Virus record (IMG/VR): IMGVR_UViG_3300036768_000279
Span: 83,928-147,927 of that record
DNA: 64,000 nt
Direction: 5' to 3' (one strand)
From: a virus
This document shows, piece after piece, positions 10,940-21,010 of this stretch. Numbering within the stretch: position 1 is the stretch's first letter; each line of letters starts with the position of its first letter. The notes below the pieces were generated by a model. That model had not been told where the DNA came from and made no database searches. It worked only from the letters and a program-made list of their open reading frames with translations. The translations under genes were made by a program, and so were the position numbers.

Positions 10940-11658
10940 TGAAATTGACGAAGCAAGGTTTACAGGAACTCTACGATACAATGTCGTTAGATGAAATGGC
11001 AGCCTATACGGGCATGCCAAAGTCCACTCTGTATTATCACATGAAGAAGCTGGGCGTCGTTCGCAGAAACAAGAGCGACGCTCAGCGTAAGCATATCGAT
11101 ACTGCCGGGCATCAAAGACTTGGTAGTCATCATTCGCTAGAAACGAAGGAAAAGATTTCCACGGGCACGAAGGAGTTCTGGGAGTCTGAACGTGGCCAAA
11201 ATCAGAAGGCCGTGTTACGTAAACTACGTCGTCAAGAATGGGCAAATAGCACGAGCAAGAAGCGTGCGGACGTGATTGCACGCCTCCAGGAAGCTCACCG
11301 GCCAGAACCCGGCGAGCTTTCAAATTTCGGCAAGAAGCTAGCCGACTTTCTTTCGGGCCGCGAACGTGTTTCTACCGGAATCCGGCTGACGAACGATCAC
11401 GTCTCTGACATCATACTAGAGGACAGGAAAGTGGTTGTAGAGCTTATCCTGCCTATTAGTATCTATGGCGAGCAGCAGCAACATCGACTTGAAGAGCGGT
11501 ACGAGCGTATCACACAACATTTGAATGCTGCTGGCTATCGCGTCATGATCGTTGAGGACAAGTCAAACTCAGTATCCCGGGCCCGCTGTAAGCGTGTGTA
11601 CGACCAACTTTGTCTCTTTTTTGAAGAGACGCAACCAGTGAAGACAATCGTTTCATGA
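10939..11658 (+). CDS. HTH + NUMOD3-like + PD-(D/E)XK (Vsr/DUF559-like) protein
   Basis: HHSLETKEKIS, SDIILEDRKVVVE, AGYRVMIV. Confidence 0.6.
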   Translation: MKLTKQGLQELYDTMSLDEMAAYTGMPKSTLYYHMKKLGVVRRNKSDAQRKHIDTAGHQRLGSHHSLETKEKISTGTKEFWESERGQNQKAVLRKLRRQEWANSTSKKRADVIARLQEAHRPEPGELSNFGKKLADFLSGRERVSTGIRLTNDHVSDIILEDRKVVVELILPISIYGEQQQHRLEERYERITQHLNAAGYRVMIVEDKSNSVSRARCKRVYDQLCLFFEETQPVKTIVS

Positions 11659-12371
11659 CCATTACACCCAAAACTCAGCGTTACGGAACCAACTGGGAAG
11701 AGCAATTCCAGGCATCGGAAGTAGGAGTCCGTAAGGAAGACGGCAAAGAAATGAGGGTAGTGTACCTTCGTGGCTTGCAACGCCTGGCCCAGGAAGCTGG
11801 TATTGTACGTAGTCGCTGCCAATTCAACTTCATTCCCAAGGATCAGACTGGCTCTGTTGGTATCATGCAGGCCGTCTACGAAGCTGAGTTTTCGGATGGT
11901 ACTATTTGGGTTGGTACCGCTGACTGTAACTCGGCTAATACTTCTGGCAAGTTCATGGCCTACCCAACTGCTGTTGCCGAGTCGCGTGCAGAAGCTCGCT
12001 GCTTACGCAAGGCATTGAATATCGGTATCATGTCGTCGGAAGAAGTCGGATTTGTGGATGGCGGGGCGATTGAACAGATCGCCGCATCGACCAGCAAGCA
12101 AATCGACTCGCAGGTGGTAAAGGCCATCGAAAAGCTATGTGAATCTCGCAATGCTACTACAGCCGAAGTCCTGGAAGCTATTCTTTCCAAGGAACGTAAT
12201 AGCTCAGTCTTTGAGCTTGGCGAATTGACAGTAGAAGAAGGTCAGAAGGCTATGGCTTGGCTAAATGACCGACAGCCCACGAAGGCTAAGCCGACGAAGT
12301 TGTCGGCTGCCGAAGAACGAGAGGCCCGCAAGAAGGAATTGCAGGCACAAGCAGATAAGGACAATCAATGA
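11655..12371 (+). CDS. Putative single-strand annealing (Rad52/Sak-like) protein
   Basis: GLQRLA and AVAESRAEARCLRKALNI resemble annealase cores; inference. Confidence 0.45.
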   Translation: MTITPKTQRYGTNWEEQFQASEVGVRKEDGKEMRVVYLRGLQRLAQEAGIVRSRCQFNFIPKDQTGSVGIMQAVYEAEFSDGTIWVGTADCNSANTSGKFMAYPTAVAESRAEARCLRKALNIGIMSSEEVGFVDGGAIEQIAASTSKQIDSQVVKAIEKLCESRNATTAEVLEAILSKERNSSVFELGELTVEEGQKAMAWLNDRQPTKAKPTKLSAAEEREARKKELQAQADKDNQ

Positions 12372-12706
12372 AGATTACGTATTCAAGCAAGAACGGGCGT
12401 CTAGCCATCGAAGTTTCTGGCGACTCTCAGAAGGACGTTTTCCGTCAGATTTCTTCTTTTCAAGAAGTATTCGAGGAGCAGCATTGTGGCTCATGTGGCC
12501 AAGACAATCTACGCTTTGTAGTGCGTAGCGTGGACGACAATCAGTTCTATGAACTGCATTGCAACGACTGCTATGCTCGTCTCGCCTTTGGTCAGCACAA
12601 GGGCAAGGAAGGCACTCTCTTCCCTCGTCGTAAGGGTGACGACGGCAAGGTGATCGGCAAGCGTGGTTGGACCAAGTGGAATCCTGAGACGAAGAAGGAA
12701 GAGTGA
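12368..12706 (+). CDS. Zn-ribbon hypothetical protein
   Basis: CGSC...CNDC; overlapping start/stop coupling. Confidence 0.7.
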   Translation: MKITYSSKNGRLAIEVSGDSQKDVFRQISSFQEVFEEQHCGSCGQDNLRFVVRSVDDNQFYELHCNDCYARLAFGQHKGKEGTLFPRRKGDDGKVIGKRGWTKWNPETKKEE

Positions 12707-13068
12707 TGGGGCTATCATTCGAAGAATATCAGCGGCGTGCCGCCGCTACTGCCGTCTATCCATACATCAAAACGTGGCAAGACAATCGATATAATGATTC
12801 CTCATACTTGTATCCAGCATTAGGACTATGTGGAGAAGCTGGTGAAGTGGCTGAAAAAATCAAGAAGATGGTTCGTGACAAAGGTGGCATAGCAACGCCC
12901 GAAGATAGGGTCGCCATCAAGAAAGAGCTTGGTGATGTTTTGTGGTATGTCCATGCTCTTTGCGATGAGTTTGATTTGGACATGGGCGATGTCGCTCAAG
13001 GCAATCTTGACAAGCTAGCTGCTCGTGCCGCAAAGGGCACGCTCGGTGGTAGTGGAGACAATCGATGA
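12703..13068 (+). CDS. mazG: MazG-like NTP pyrophosphohydrolase
   Basis: LGLCGEAGEVAEKIKK, ELGDVLWY, GSGDNR. Confidence 0.9.
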   Translation: MMGLSFEEYQRRAAATAVYPYIKTWQDNRYNDSSYLYPALGLCGEAGEVAEKIKKMVRDKGGIATPEDRVAIKKELGDVLWYVHALCDEFDLDMGDVAQGNLDKLAARAAKGTLGGSGDNR

Positions 13069-13355
13069 AGCGTTTTGGTGGTAGGCCCGTAGACAAGAAG
13101 ATCTTCACTTGTCCGCAATGTAAGAAGCTGCGTATGTCCCGTGTTATGGATCATAAGGTCAGCACGGAACAGAAAGAATTCAAGACGCGAGACGGATCAA
13201 CCGTCTCGCTATTTGTGGATGTTTGTGATCCTTGTATCGCACGCAACTACCGCAAGTATTTCGAGCCGACAAGATCGGATATTCGCAAGGTTCTCAAGGC
13301 CATGAATGAAGAGGCGGCTACCGTCGATGATGTCTCGCTAGAAGAGCTGCTATAG
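13065..13355 (+). CDS. Hypothetical CxxC protein
   Basis: CPQC, CDPC; in operon. Confidence 0.65.
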   Translation: MKRFGGRPVDKKIFTCPQCKKLRMSRVMDHKVSTEQKEFKTRDGSTVSLFVDVCDPCIARNYRKYFEPTRSDIRKVLKAMNEEAATVDDVSLEELL

Positions 13356-13356
13356 T

Positions 13357-14580
13357 ATGGTTCGACACGCTAATCTGTGGTTTGAATCATGCCCAACCAA
13401 GCATAAAGTCACGTCTGGGTTGATTAAGAATGTAGACACGCTCATTATCGGCGGCGGACTCGCTGGGGTGAGCTTGCTTTACTATCTTGTCAATAGTGGC
13501 ATGCTCAACACCTATCTGGTCGAAGAGACATCTGTAGGATTTCATGCATCTGGTAGAGGCATGGGACAGCTATTACTGCGAGGCAGTAAACTCTTCCATG
13601 AAATGCCAGACGGCGAAGACTATCTGCAATTCGTTGGTGACAATAATCGTCGCTTCTTGAATGGTCTGCGAGCCTTGTCGTTCGATCACGATCTTCGCGA
13701 AACCGGCGGTCTGCGGCTCGCTGTTAGCGAAGAAGAAATGTCCAAGCTCGAACTAGAGTCTCAGTTTATTTCTCGTGTACGTGGCATTGAATGTCCATTG
13801 CTTTCGAGACGCCAACTAGACTTAATGGTACCAGCGAAGCACTTCGTTGGCGGAATGTTTGTACCTAATGAGGCAACATATAATCCATATAAGGTCGTCA
13901 ACGGCTTAAGAGACGCGGTGGAGAAGAGCGGTACTCGTGTCTTCACTAACACGCAGGCAGAATCTGTAGTTGCGAATGCCGATGGTAGTTTGACTGTTTC
14001 AATTCGTCACAGAGGAACCATTCGTGCCAAACAAGTAGTGTACTGTACTGGAGCGTACACAAGTAGACTACTGCCAGAGTTTGGAGACATCATTCGTCCC
14101 TTTCGGGAGCAAATGATCGCTACCGACTACCTTGAAGCTGATGTTGTACAAGCCCTTCCAACCATGAGCATTTCATGCAACAATGGCAACGAAAGGTTCC
14201 GCCAGTATTCGTCGCGTTTTGTGATGGGAGGGATGCGTCAAGCCGTACGAGGCCAACAAGAAGGTATCGTATACGATGGCGAGATTAGCCCTGCCGTGTA
14301 TGACAAACTAAGCTCATTCTCGCACGAGTCCTTCCCTCTTTTGAAGACGGCCAAATTCAGTTACGTTTGGTCTGCCGTATTTTGTGGAACGGCAGATGAT
14401 AAACCTCTAATTGGACCAGTGCCTAATCGTCCCAATCAATACATGTTGACTGGATTTGGTTGCTATGATTCTAGCAATGCAATTCTTGGCAGTATGTTGA
14501 TTAAGGACTACATCAAACACAAGGACTCTACCGGGTCAGGCCACAAGATTTTGAATCCAGGACGCTTTTTCAATGTTTGA
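13357..14580 (+). CDS. FAD-dependent oxidoreductase (DAO/PuuB-like)
   Basis: IIGGGLAG, ASGRGMG, TADDKPLIG. Confidence 0.85.
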   Translation: MVRHANLWFESCPTKHKVTSGLIKNVDTLIIGGGLAGVSLLYYLVNSGMLNTYLVEETSVGFHASGRGMGQLLLRGSKLFHEMPDGEDYLQFVGDNNRRFLNGLRALSFDHDLRETGGLRLAVSEEEMSKLELESQFISRVRGIECPLLSRRQLDLMVPAKHFVGGMFVPNEATYNPYKVVNGLRDAVEKSGTRVFTNTQAESVVANADGSLTVSIRHRGTIRAKQVVYCTGAYTSRLLPEFGDIIRPFREQMIATDYLEADVVQALPTMSISCNNGNERFRQYSSRFVMGGMRQAVRGQQEGIVYDGEISPAVYDKLSSFSHESFPLLKTAKFSYVWSAVFCGTADDKPLIGPVPNRPNQYMLTGFGCYDSSNAILGSMLIKDYIKHKDSTGSGHKILNPGRFFNV

Positions 14581-16534
14581 TATTGCAACACCTTCGTTCA
14601 CTCTTCCCGAATCATTCGTCTCCAAGTATCGTGGCAAGCAGCCCGACTGGGGGCCTTTGGGCTATTTCACTTACAAGCGAACATATTCGCGTGCAATTGA
14701 AGGCGAGAATCGTTCAGAGGAGTATTGGGAAACATGTCGTCGCGTAGTGGAAGGTACTTTCAGCATTCAAAAAAACCACTGCAAGCGTAGTCATTTGCCT
14801 TGGAATGACGCTAAGGCTCAGCGTACTGCCAAGCGTATGTTCGAACTGATGTGGTCGTTCAAGTTCCTGCCGCCTGGTCGCGGGTTGTGGGCGATGGGCA
14901 CAAAATACGTTCAAGAGCGTGGTGGTGCTGCTCTCAACAATTGTGCGTTCGTAAGCACAAAGGATCTCGCTACCGATCCCATCAAGCCGTTCTTGTTCAT
15001 CATGGACATGAGCATGGTTGGCGTAGGCGTTGGCTTTGATACTATGGGTGCTGGCAAGCTCTTCATCAAGGATCCGATCGTCAATCAAGTGAATCCATTC
15101 GTTATTCCAGATACTCGTGAGGGTTGGGTTGAGGCGTTGCGACTTGTGCTCGAATCGTACGTAAATGGTACTCCGGCACCGTGGTTTGACTATAGTCTTA
15201 TTCGTCCAGAAGGCTCACCTATCAAGGGATTCGGCGGTACAGCTAGCGGTCCCCAACCTCTCATCGAAATGCTACAAGACATTTCGGCCATCCTGAGAAG
15301 CCGCATCAATCAAACGTTATCGTCCGAAGACATCGTTGATATTGGTAACCTCATTGGTCGCTGTGTCGTGGCTGGTAATGTTCGTCGTTCTGCCGAGATT
15401 GTGTTTGGCGAGCCTACAGATGAGAAGTTTGCTCTTTTGAAGCAAGACAAAGACAAGCTCATGCATCACCGTTGGGCATCCAACAATTCTATCTTTGCTA
15501 CGGTAGGAATGGACTATGCTTGGCATGCACGTCAAACCGCAACCAATGGCGAACCCGGTTACATGTGGCTTGATAATGCTCGTGCATACGGACGCATGAA
15601 GGATCCCGCGGATTGGGCAGACCGTGAGGCCGTTGGTGGCAATCCGTGCCTAGAACAGACGCTACATCAATACGAACTATGCACTCTTGTCGAGACATTC
15701 CCTGCGAGACACGAGAGTCTCGAAGAATACTTTGAGACATTGAAAATTGCATACTTGTATGCAAAGACAGTCACTCTGATTCCTACTCACTGGGCAGAGA
15801 CGAATGCTGTCATGGCTCGCAATCGTCGTATTGGTCTAAGTCAATCCGGCATCATCAAGGCGTTCGGGCGTCACGGGCGTCGCGAAATGTTGCGTTGGTG
15901 CGATAAAGGCTATGAATTTATCAGCGGGCTTGACGTACAGTATTCCAATTGGCTGGGCGTACCCAAGTCAATCAAGAAGACATCGGTGAAGCCGAGTGGC
16001 ACCATCAGCTTGCTAGCTGGCGAGCCGCCCGGTATCCACTATCCGCATTCTGAATACTACATTAGGCGAATCCGCGTGGGCACGACTTCGCCTTTGGTAG
16101 AGGCCGCACGCCAAGCGGGCTACAAGATCGAGCCTGCCATTGGTCAAGAAGCTAATACCGTCTGTATCGAGTTCCCAATTCGCGAGGAGTTCTTTGTTCG
16201 CTCCAAAGATGATGTGTCGATTTGGGAACAGGTAGCTAATGCGGTTGCGTACCAACGTTACTGGGCCGATAACCAAGTGTCTGTCACTGTCACTTTCAAG
16301 CCGTCTGAGAAAGAAGACATTCAACACATCCTCGAACTATATGAGGACTCATTGAAGGGGATTTCCTTTTTGCCAATCGAGGAACATGGCTACGTTCAAG
16401 CTCCATACGAAACAATCACCGAAGAACAGTATCTTGAAATGTCCAAGAACTTGAAGCCTATCGTTTTTGATGACGCCTCGGAAGGCGACGCGGTAGCTCC
16501 AAAGTTTTGTGATGGAGACTCTTGTACTATCTAG
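14573..16534 (+). CDS. nrdJ: Class II (AdoCbl-dependent) ribonucleotide reductase
   Basis: YKRTYSR, PPGRGLW, NNC, GNVRRSA, NPCLE, VKPSGT, C-terminal CDGDSC. Confidence 0.95.
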   Translation: MFDIATPSFTLPESFVSKYRGKQPDWGPLGYFTYKRTYSRAIEGENRSEEYWETCRRVVEGTFSIQKNHCKRSHLPWNDAKAQRTAKRMFELMWSFKFLPPGRGLWAMGTKYVQERGGAALNNCAFVSTKDLATDPIKPFLFIMDMSMVGVGVGFDTMGAGKLFIKDPIVNQVNPFVIPDTREGWVEALRLVLESYVNGTPAPWFDYSLIRPEGSPIKGFGGTASGPQPLIEMLQDISAILRSRINQTLSSEDIVDIGNLIGRCVVAGNVRRSAEIVFGEPTDEKFALLKQDKDKLMHHRWASNNSIFATVGMDYAWHARQTATNGEPGYMWLDNARAYGRMKDPADWADREAVGGNPCLEQTLHQYELCTLVETFPARHESLEEYFETLKIAYLYAKTVTLIPTHWAETNAVMARNRRIGLSQSGIIKAFGRHGRREMLRWCDKGYEFISGLDVQYSNWLGVPKSIKKTSVKPSGTISLLAGEPPGIHYPHSEYYIRRIRVGTTSPLVEAARQAGYKIEPAIGQEANTVCIEFPIREEFFVRSKDDVSIWEQVANAVAYQRYWADNQVSVTVTFKPSEKEDIQHILELYEDSLKGISFLPIEEHGYVQAPYETITEEQYLEMSKNLKPIVFDDASEGDAVAPKFCDGDSCTI

Positions 16535-16569
16535 TAGACATTCGGCTTCGCCGAAGTCATCATATCAAC

Positions 16570-16857
16570 ATGAAGAACACACAGAAGTATGTATTGATTT
16601 TTGCCAAGGACGAAAACGGTAACGAGATTCCTTATCGTTTCATGCTATCCATCAACAAATCAATCAAGGCGGTTGAGAAGTCGCTGCTTGAGGCCCTCAT
16701 GGGTACTGAGGGCGTGGATCGTATGGAAATTCATGGACGCTACACAGCCGAGGTTGTCATTGGTCGTGCCTTTGACGCCGAAGAAGTGTTGGCAGAATTG
16801 AGGACAAAGCTGGACTCTGTTCTCAGCGACATCATTACTCCGAAGCTTGTCCTATGA
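16570..16857 (+). CDS. Hypothetical protein
   Basis: ORF coupled to thyX by an ATGA overlap. Confidence 0.6.
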   Translation: MKNTQKYVLIFAKDENGNEIPYRFMLSINKSIKAVEKSLLEALMGTEGVDRMEIHGRYTAEVVIGRAFDAEEVLAELRTKLDSVLSDIITPKLVL

Positions 16858-17558
16858 TTGAAAAAGGCTACACCATTCCTGTCCTTGGACAGGGTTACGT
16901 CCGCTATATCGACCATCTAGGCGACGATCTTCGTATTGTCGAGACGGCACGGATCAGCTATAAGTCGCCTAGTAAGGGCGAAGAAGCTGACAAGAAGCTC
17001 TTGATGTACCTGCACAAGAATCGGCACACGAGCCCCTTCGAATCATGCAGCATTACGTTCAATATCAAGATGCCCATTTTTTGTATGAGGCAGTTTGTGC
17101 GTCACCGCACATTCCGCTTGAACGAATGGAGTGGACGCTATAGCGAATTGGCGGACGAATTCTATATGCCGCAGAAGTGGCGTATTCAGGATACCAAAAA
17201 CAAACAAGGTAGCTTGGAGCTAACTGGTGCTACCGAATCAGAAGACTTTTGGCATAGCCATAATACATCCATTGCTGAGAGTGTTTTTAAATCAGCTTAT
17301 GCTGGTTATCAAGAGCTTTTGAGTCGTGGCGTAGCCAAAGAACTAGCACGTATCGTTCTACCAGTGTCGATGTTCACTGAGATTTACGTTTCGTGTGACG
17401 TTCACAATCTGATGCACTTCCTGAACCTTCGCCAGGATCCGCATGCACAGCTTGAAATCAGAGAGGTTGCAGACGCTATGGCCTCTATTTTCAAGGAACT
17501 CTATCCGTGGTCGTACGAAGCCCATATAAAACACAAGCTTAAAATGATTGAAGCTTAG
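16854..17558 (+). CDS. thyX: FAD-dependent thymidylate synthase
   Basis: HTSPFE, RQFVRHR, NEWSGRY, ARIVLP, HAQLEIR. Confidence 0.95.
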   Translation: MIEKGYTIPVLGQGYVRYIDHLGDDLRIVETARISYKSPSKGEEADKKLLMYLHKNRHTSPFESCSITFNIKMPIFCMRQFVRHRTFRLNEWSGRYSELADEFYMPQKWRIQDTKNKQGSLELTGATESEDFWHSHNTSIAESVFKSAYAGYQELLSRGVAKELARIVLPVSMFTEIYVSCDVHNLMHFLNLRQDPHAQLEIREVADAMASIFKELYPWSYEAHIKHKLKMIEA

Positions 17559-17584
17559 TGTACTTGAATGCCAGTAGGTACCAC

Positions 17585-18007
17585 ATGGTACAAGCACAGC
17601 AGGATTTCGCACAACCAATTGGCCCCACGCCCGAAAAGGTTCTTTTCGATGCGTTGCCAATCAATGAAGATCCAGATAACTACGTTCTGACGCACGCGGC
17701 AATTGCTGTTGCGAACTCAGGATTGTATGAGTGTACATATACCGTGAATGCAGGTCTTGGATCTGGCATCGGTGGCAACCTCACTGCTTATGTTGTTCTG
17801 AACGATGGCAGTGGTGCAGAGAGCATGATCCGCGAGAGCGTGTCTTTTGAGGACGTGTCTTCATCTTCGCCCAAGGCAACTTTGAATAACACATTCCAGA
17901 TTGCTCTGCCTGCTGGTTGTGCTCTCAAAGTGTTTGCTGGATTCGTAGGAACTGGTGACGTGAATACGCTGCCATTCTGTTCGATACTGGCTCTGAAACA
18001 ATTCTGA
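17585..18007 (+). CDS. C1q/BclA-like beta-sandwich virion protein
   Basis: VLFD...SGLYECTYTV pattern; start uncertain (GTG 17558 or ATG 17585). Confidence 0.55.
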   Translation: MVQAQQDFAQPIGPTPEKVLFDALPINEDPDNYVLTHAAIAVANSGLYECTYTVNAGLGSGIGGNLTAYVVLNDGSGAESMIRESVSFEDVSSSSPKATLNNTFQIALPAGCALKVFAGFVGTGDVNTLPFCSILALKQF

Positions 18008-18028
18008 TTAGAGTCTAACGATCTTTTT

Positions 18029-18056
18029 CTAAGGGGCTGCTACGGCGGCCCCTTAG
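18029..18056 (+). terminator. Hairpin terminator
   Basis: CTAAGGGGCTGC-TACG-GCGGCCCCTTAG with a weak T tail. Confidence 0.6.
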
Positions 18057-18060
18057 TGTA
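18053..18060 (+). promoter_or_regulatory. Putative late-promoter motif TTAGTGTA
   Basis: Same motif at 17555, 19769, 20983 (variant) and 31821 (- strand), each just upstream of a gene. Confidence 0.55.
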
Positions 18061-18108
18061 TTTGTATGAGGTCAGGTATCGTTTGGTACCCTTTCAAGGG
18101 AGTCTAGT

Positions 18109-18546
18109 ATGACTTCAATCGTAGCAGCAATTGTCGGTAGCGGCACGCTACCTTATACACGCGGCATTCTGCCTGCGTCTCAGCGTGGCAATCAATCAAA
18201 TGGTGAGGGCGTGCGTACTGGCACGCAGGTGATTCTTGCCAATCCCGAGGATTTGAACTCGGTTGATGCTTTTGCCGCTTCTGGCATTACGGTAGGCACG
18301 TCGGCAGTTGAAGTTTTGGCGTTCAATAACAACCCACTTCCAAGATGTGGCAATGTTATTGTCAAAAATGGTGGATCGTCAGTCGTTCTGTTGAGTCATA
18401 AGCAAAACTTCACAGACACCGAAGGATTTCCGTTGGCAGCTAACGGTACTACTGGCGACACGGTTAGTATTCCTGTGCTCAAGAACGTTTCTATTTGGGC
18501 TCGTTGTGCGTCTGGATCAACTAACATAAAGTTGCTGATCTACTGA
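18109..18546 (+). CDS. Small virion structural protein
   Basis: Beta-rich; paralogous to 18577..19014 (A.I/VGSGT.P, NPE, ITVG/ISVG). Confidence 0.65.
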   Translation: MTSIVAAIVGSGTLPYTRGILPASQRGNQSNGEGVRTGTQVILANPEDLNSVDAFAASGITVGTSAVEVLAFNNNPLPRCGNVIVKNGGSSVVLLSHKQNFTDTEGFPLAANGTTGDTVSIPVLKNVSIWARCASGSTNIKLLIY

Positions 18547-18576
18547 GGCATTTCCCTTTAATGGAGGGAACCCCCA

Positions 18577-19014
18577 ATGCCCAGAGAATACAACGCAGTC
18601 ATAGGGAGCGGCACAACTCCCCACGTAGCACACGCTCCGCCTTACGGTATTACGCCCGGCACATATCCTGTGCCCGATCAGCGTACCAATCTTCGTCATC
18701 GACAGGGCGACGGCATTATCGTTCTCAATCCAGAGAACGCTTCTGTTTCTATTGGTTTAAGCCAACAGGCTATTTCTGTTGGCGGATCGCCAACAGCAAT
18801 TCCAAGCTCGCCGCTCGAAAATCGAAGAGCATTGGTGATCTACAACGCCGGTCCCGGCACACTCTATGTCGGTACGTCCAACGTGACGACATCCAATGGT
18901 ATGCCTATGGCGGTTGGCGAAAAGATCGCCTTCGATATCCAAGGTACTCCGAACGTCAAAGTGTACGGCGTCTCTGACTCAACGTCCGACGTTCGTATCT
19001 TAGAGTTGGCATGA
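18577..19014 (+). CDS. Small virion structural protein
   Basis: PLENRRALVIYNAG..LYVG..VTTSNG; paralog of the previous gene. Confidence 0.65.
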   Translation: MPREYNAVIGSGTTPHVAHAPPYGITPGTYPVPDQRTNLRHRQGDGIIVLNPENASVSIGLSQQAISVGGSPTAIPSSPLENRRALVIYNAGPGTLYVGTSNVTTSNGMPMAVGEKIAFDIQGTPNVKVYGVSDSTSDVRILELA

Positions 19015-19772
19015 GTATTGGCGTTGGTGGAATCGTATCGCTTGGTGGAGGGTCTGGCGGAAGCAGCGGATCTACTTCCGGCATTCAGTCTATCAACGGC
19101 CAGACAGGACCCACAGTCGCCATCACTGGCGTCAATGGAGTTGTTGTTACGGCGGGTGGCAACCTCATCACGATTGATGGTGCGGGAGCGTCTGGCACCG
19201 TTGGTCCGGCGTCTTCTCAGTCTGGTGTCATTGGAGTCAATGGTATCACCGTTGAACAAATTGGCGGCAACTTTGTCGTCAATGGTGCCGCTCTGTCTGG
19301 CCTTATCGGCACGATTACGGACGTTTCAATTAGTGCAGTTGCTTCGTACACTGCATCATTCACCCATTTAGTTAGTGGAATATTTAACCACAACTTTAAC
19401 ACCAGAGAAACAATAGTTCAACTCTACGATAACTCGTCACCGCCACGAGTCATCGTGCCAGATGAGATCATCTCGGAAAACCTCAATCAGGTTGGGGTGA
19501 TCTTTAACACGCCACAGACTGGTCGCGTAGTTATTCATGCTCCATCTGGTGTACCTACTGGCGGCGTTAAGAAGTACGCTGAGTCATTCACTAACTTGAG
19601 AAGCGTAGTCATTACACACGGATTGAACACGGACGATGTGATCGTACAGGTGAAGGACACGAGCGTTCCTCCTAAGCTTATCATACCAGACGACATCGAA
19701 ATCACCAGTGCCAACGCTGTGTCAATAGTCTTTAATTCCATTACAAGCGGAAGAGTCTTGGTCATTGGTTAG
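19011..19772 (+). CDS. Gly/Ser-rich fibre protein with two C-terminal H(N/G)(L/F)NT domains
   Basis: SINGQTG repeats; tandem HNFNT/HGLNT..VQ..D..P..I.PD.I..F..GRV domains. Confidence 0.7.
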   Translation: MSIGVGGIVSLGGGSGGSSGSTSGIQSINGQTGPTVAITGVNGVVVTAGGNLITIDGAGASGTVGPASSQSGVIGVNGITVEQIGGNFVVNGAALSGLIGTITDVSISAVASYTASFTHLVSGIFNHNFNTRETIVQLYDNSSPPRVIVPDEIISENLNQVGVIFNTPQTGRVVIHAPSGVPTGGVKKYAESFTNLRSVVITHGLNTDDVIVQVKDTSVPPKLIIPDDIEITSANAVSIVFNSITSGRVLVIG

Positions 19773-19803
19773 TGTATTATCTTTGCAAGGAGCTTGCACG
19801 TAA

Positions 19804-20982
19804 ATGGGAACAATTATAGGCGATTTCACACCGGCTGTCAGCGGAGGGTCACACCTTGGCGTGAGTAGAACCAATCTGAACAAGATTGATAACTTCTCTA
19901 CTGTCGTGCCCTTCGGTAATATCCATCAGTTGAGTGGAGTGTTCCATAACTTGTATGGTCAGTCTGGTGTCATCAGACTTGGAACGAGTGGTTTTGAATT
20001 CTCAACCGATGGCGGCAAGACTTTTGTGGGCACCGCTACCGTAGGCGGCAATAACGGCGACGTACTCTTCAATGATGGCGGATCTATTGGCGGCGATTCC
20101 TTAGGATTGACATTCAATCAGTCCATCGACGCACTAGGTGTCAGTGGCGAGCTACAACTAGGTCGCAAGACTCTTGACCGCACCGCTATTGGTCCCAGAG
20201 CTGGATCTGGCGTCTCTCGATTTGTTGCAATGAATTTGGCTGAACGCCCTATATTCGGTGGAAGTAACTCTGGCATGAACCTGCCATACTTTTTCCAGCC
20301 AGCCCTGTTCAATAAGTTCATCTTCATGGCATTGCCGTCAGTGACGACAACCATTCAAACGTATGGCAACACATTGACAAGCGTAGGTACTGTTTCGCAC
20401 CCGACCCCTAACGTTGAGTCGGGCGTTATGGTTAACATTGCGTCCGCCGCTACCGCCGCCGCTACCTGTGGTACTGGATCAAACAGCACTCTGTTCTGCC
20501 GTGGTGCGACATCTGGCGTGAACACTGGCTTCTTCTACGCAACTCGTATTACACAGCCAGACGCTAACTTTGATGCTGGTAGAATTTTCTGTGGATTGGT
20601 CGCTGGCAGCATGGCTTCTTCTGTTAGTGCTGACGATCCTGGCGTAGACTCTTGTGGTTTCTCGTTCTCCACGACACAAAACGTAGCTAAGAACTGGCTG
20701 TTCTCCACCAAGGATGGAACAACAAGAAGCACGCAAGACACCGGAATCTCGTGTTCTGGCAATAGAATCTGGGATATGTATATCTATTCGCCGCCGTTCC
20801 CAAACAACAACGTGTTGTACTGGACGCTGCATGACGTTTCATGGAATCGCATTGCTAATGGCTATGCGATCAACAATCTTCCTCGCGTTAATGTCTTGCT
20901 TCGTGCCGGTATTCAACTGAACAACATCACCGCAAGTGTTCGTAACCTCAGATTTACGCACATCTATTGCGAGTCCCTATGA
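19804..20982 (+). CDS. Fibre / receptor-binding-like protein
   Basis: Shared N-terminal module GD..P..SG..LG..PF.NIH..SGV..SGV.R..S.DGG.TF. Confidence 0.65.
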   Translation: MGTIIGDFTPAVSGGSHLGVSRTNLNKIDNFSTVVPFGNIHQLSGVFHNLYGQSGVIRLGTSGFEFSTDGGKTFVGTATVGGNNGDVLFNDGGSIGGDSLGLTFNQSIDALGVSGELQLGRKTLDRTAIGPRAGSGVSRFVAMNLAERPIFGGSNSGMNLPYFFQPALFNKFIFMALPSVTTTIQTYGNTLTSVGTVSHPTPNVESGVMVNIASAATAAATCGTGSNSTLFCRGATSGVNTGFFYATRITQPDANFDAGRIFCGLVAGSMASSVSADDPGVDSCGFSFSTTQNVAKNWLFSTKDGTTRSTQDTGISCSGNRIWDMYIYSPPFPNNNVLYWTLHDVSWNRIANGYAINNLPRVNVLLRAGIQLNNITASVRNLRFTHIYCESL

Positions 20983-21010
20983 TTAGTGTGTTTTTTGACG
21001 GGGGAATCTC

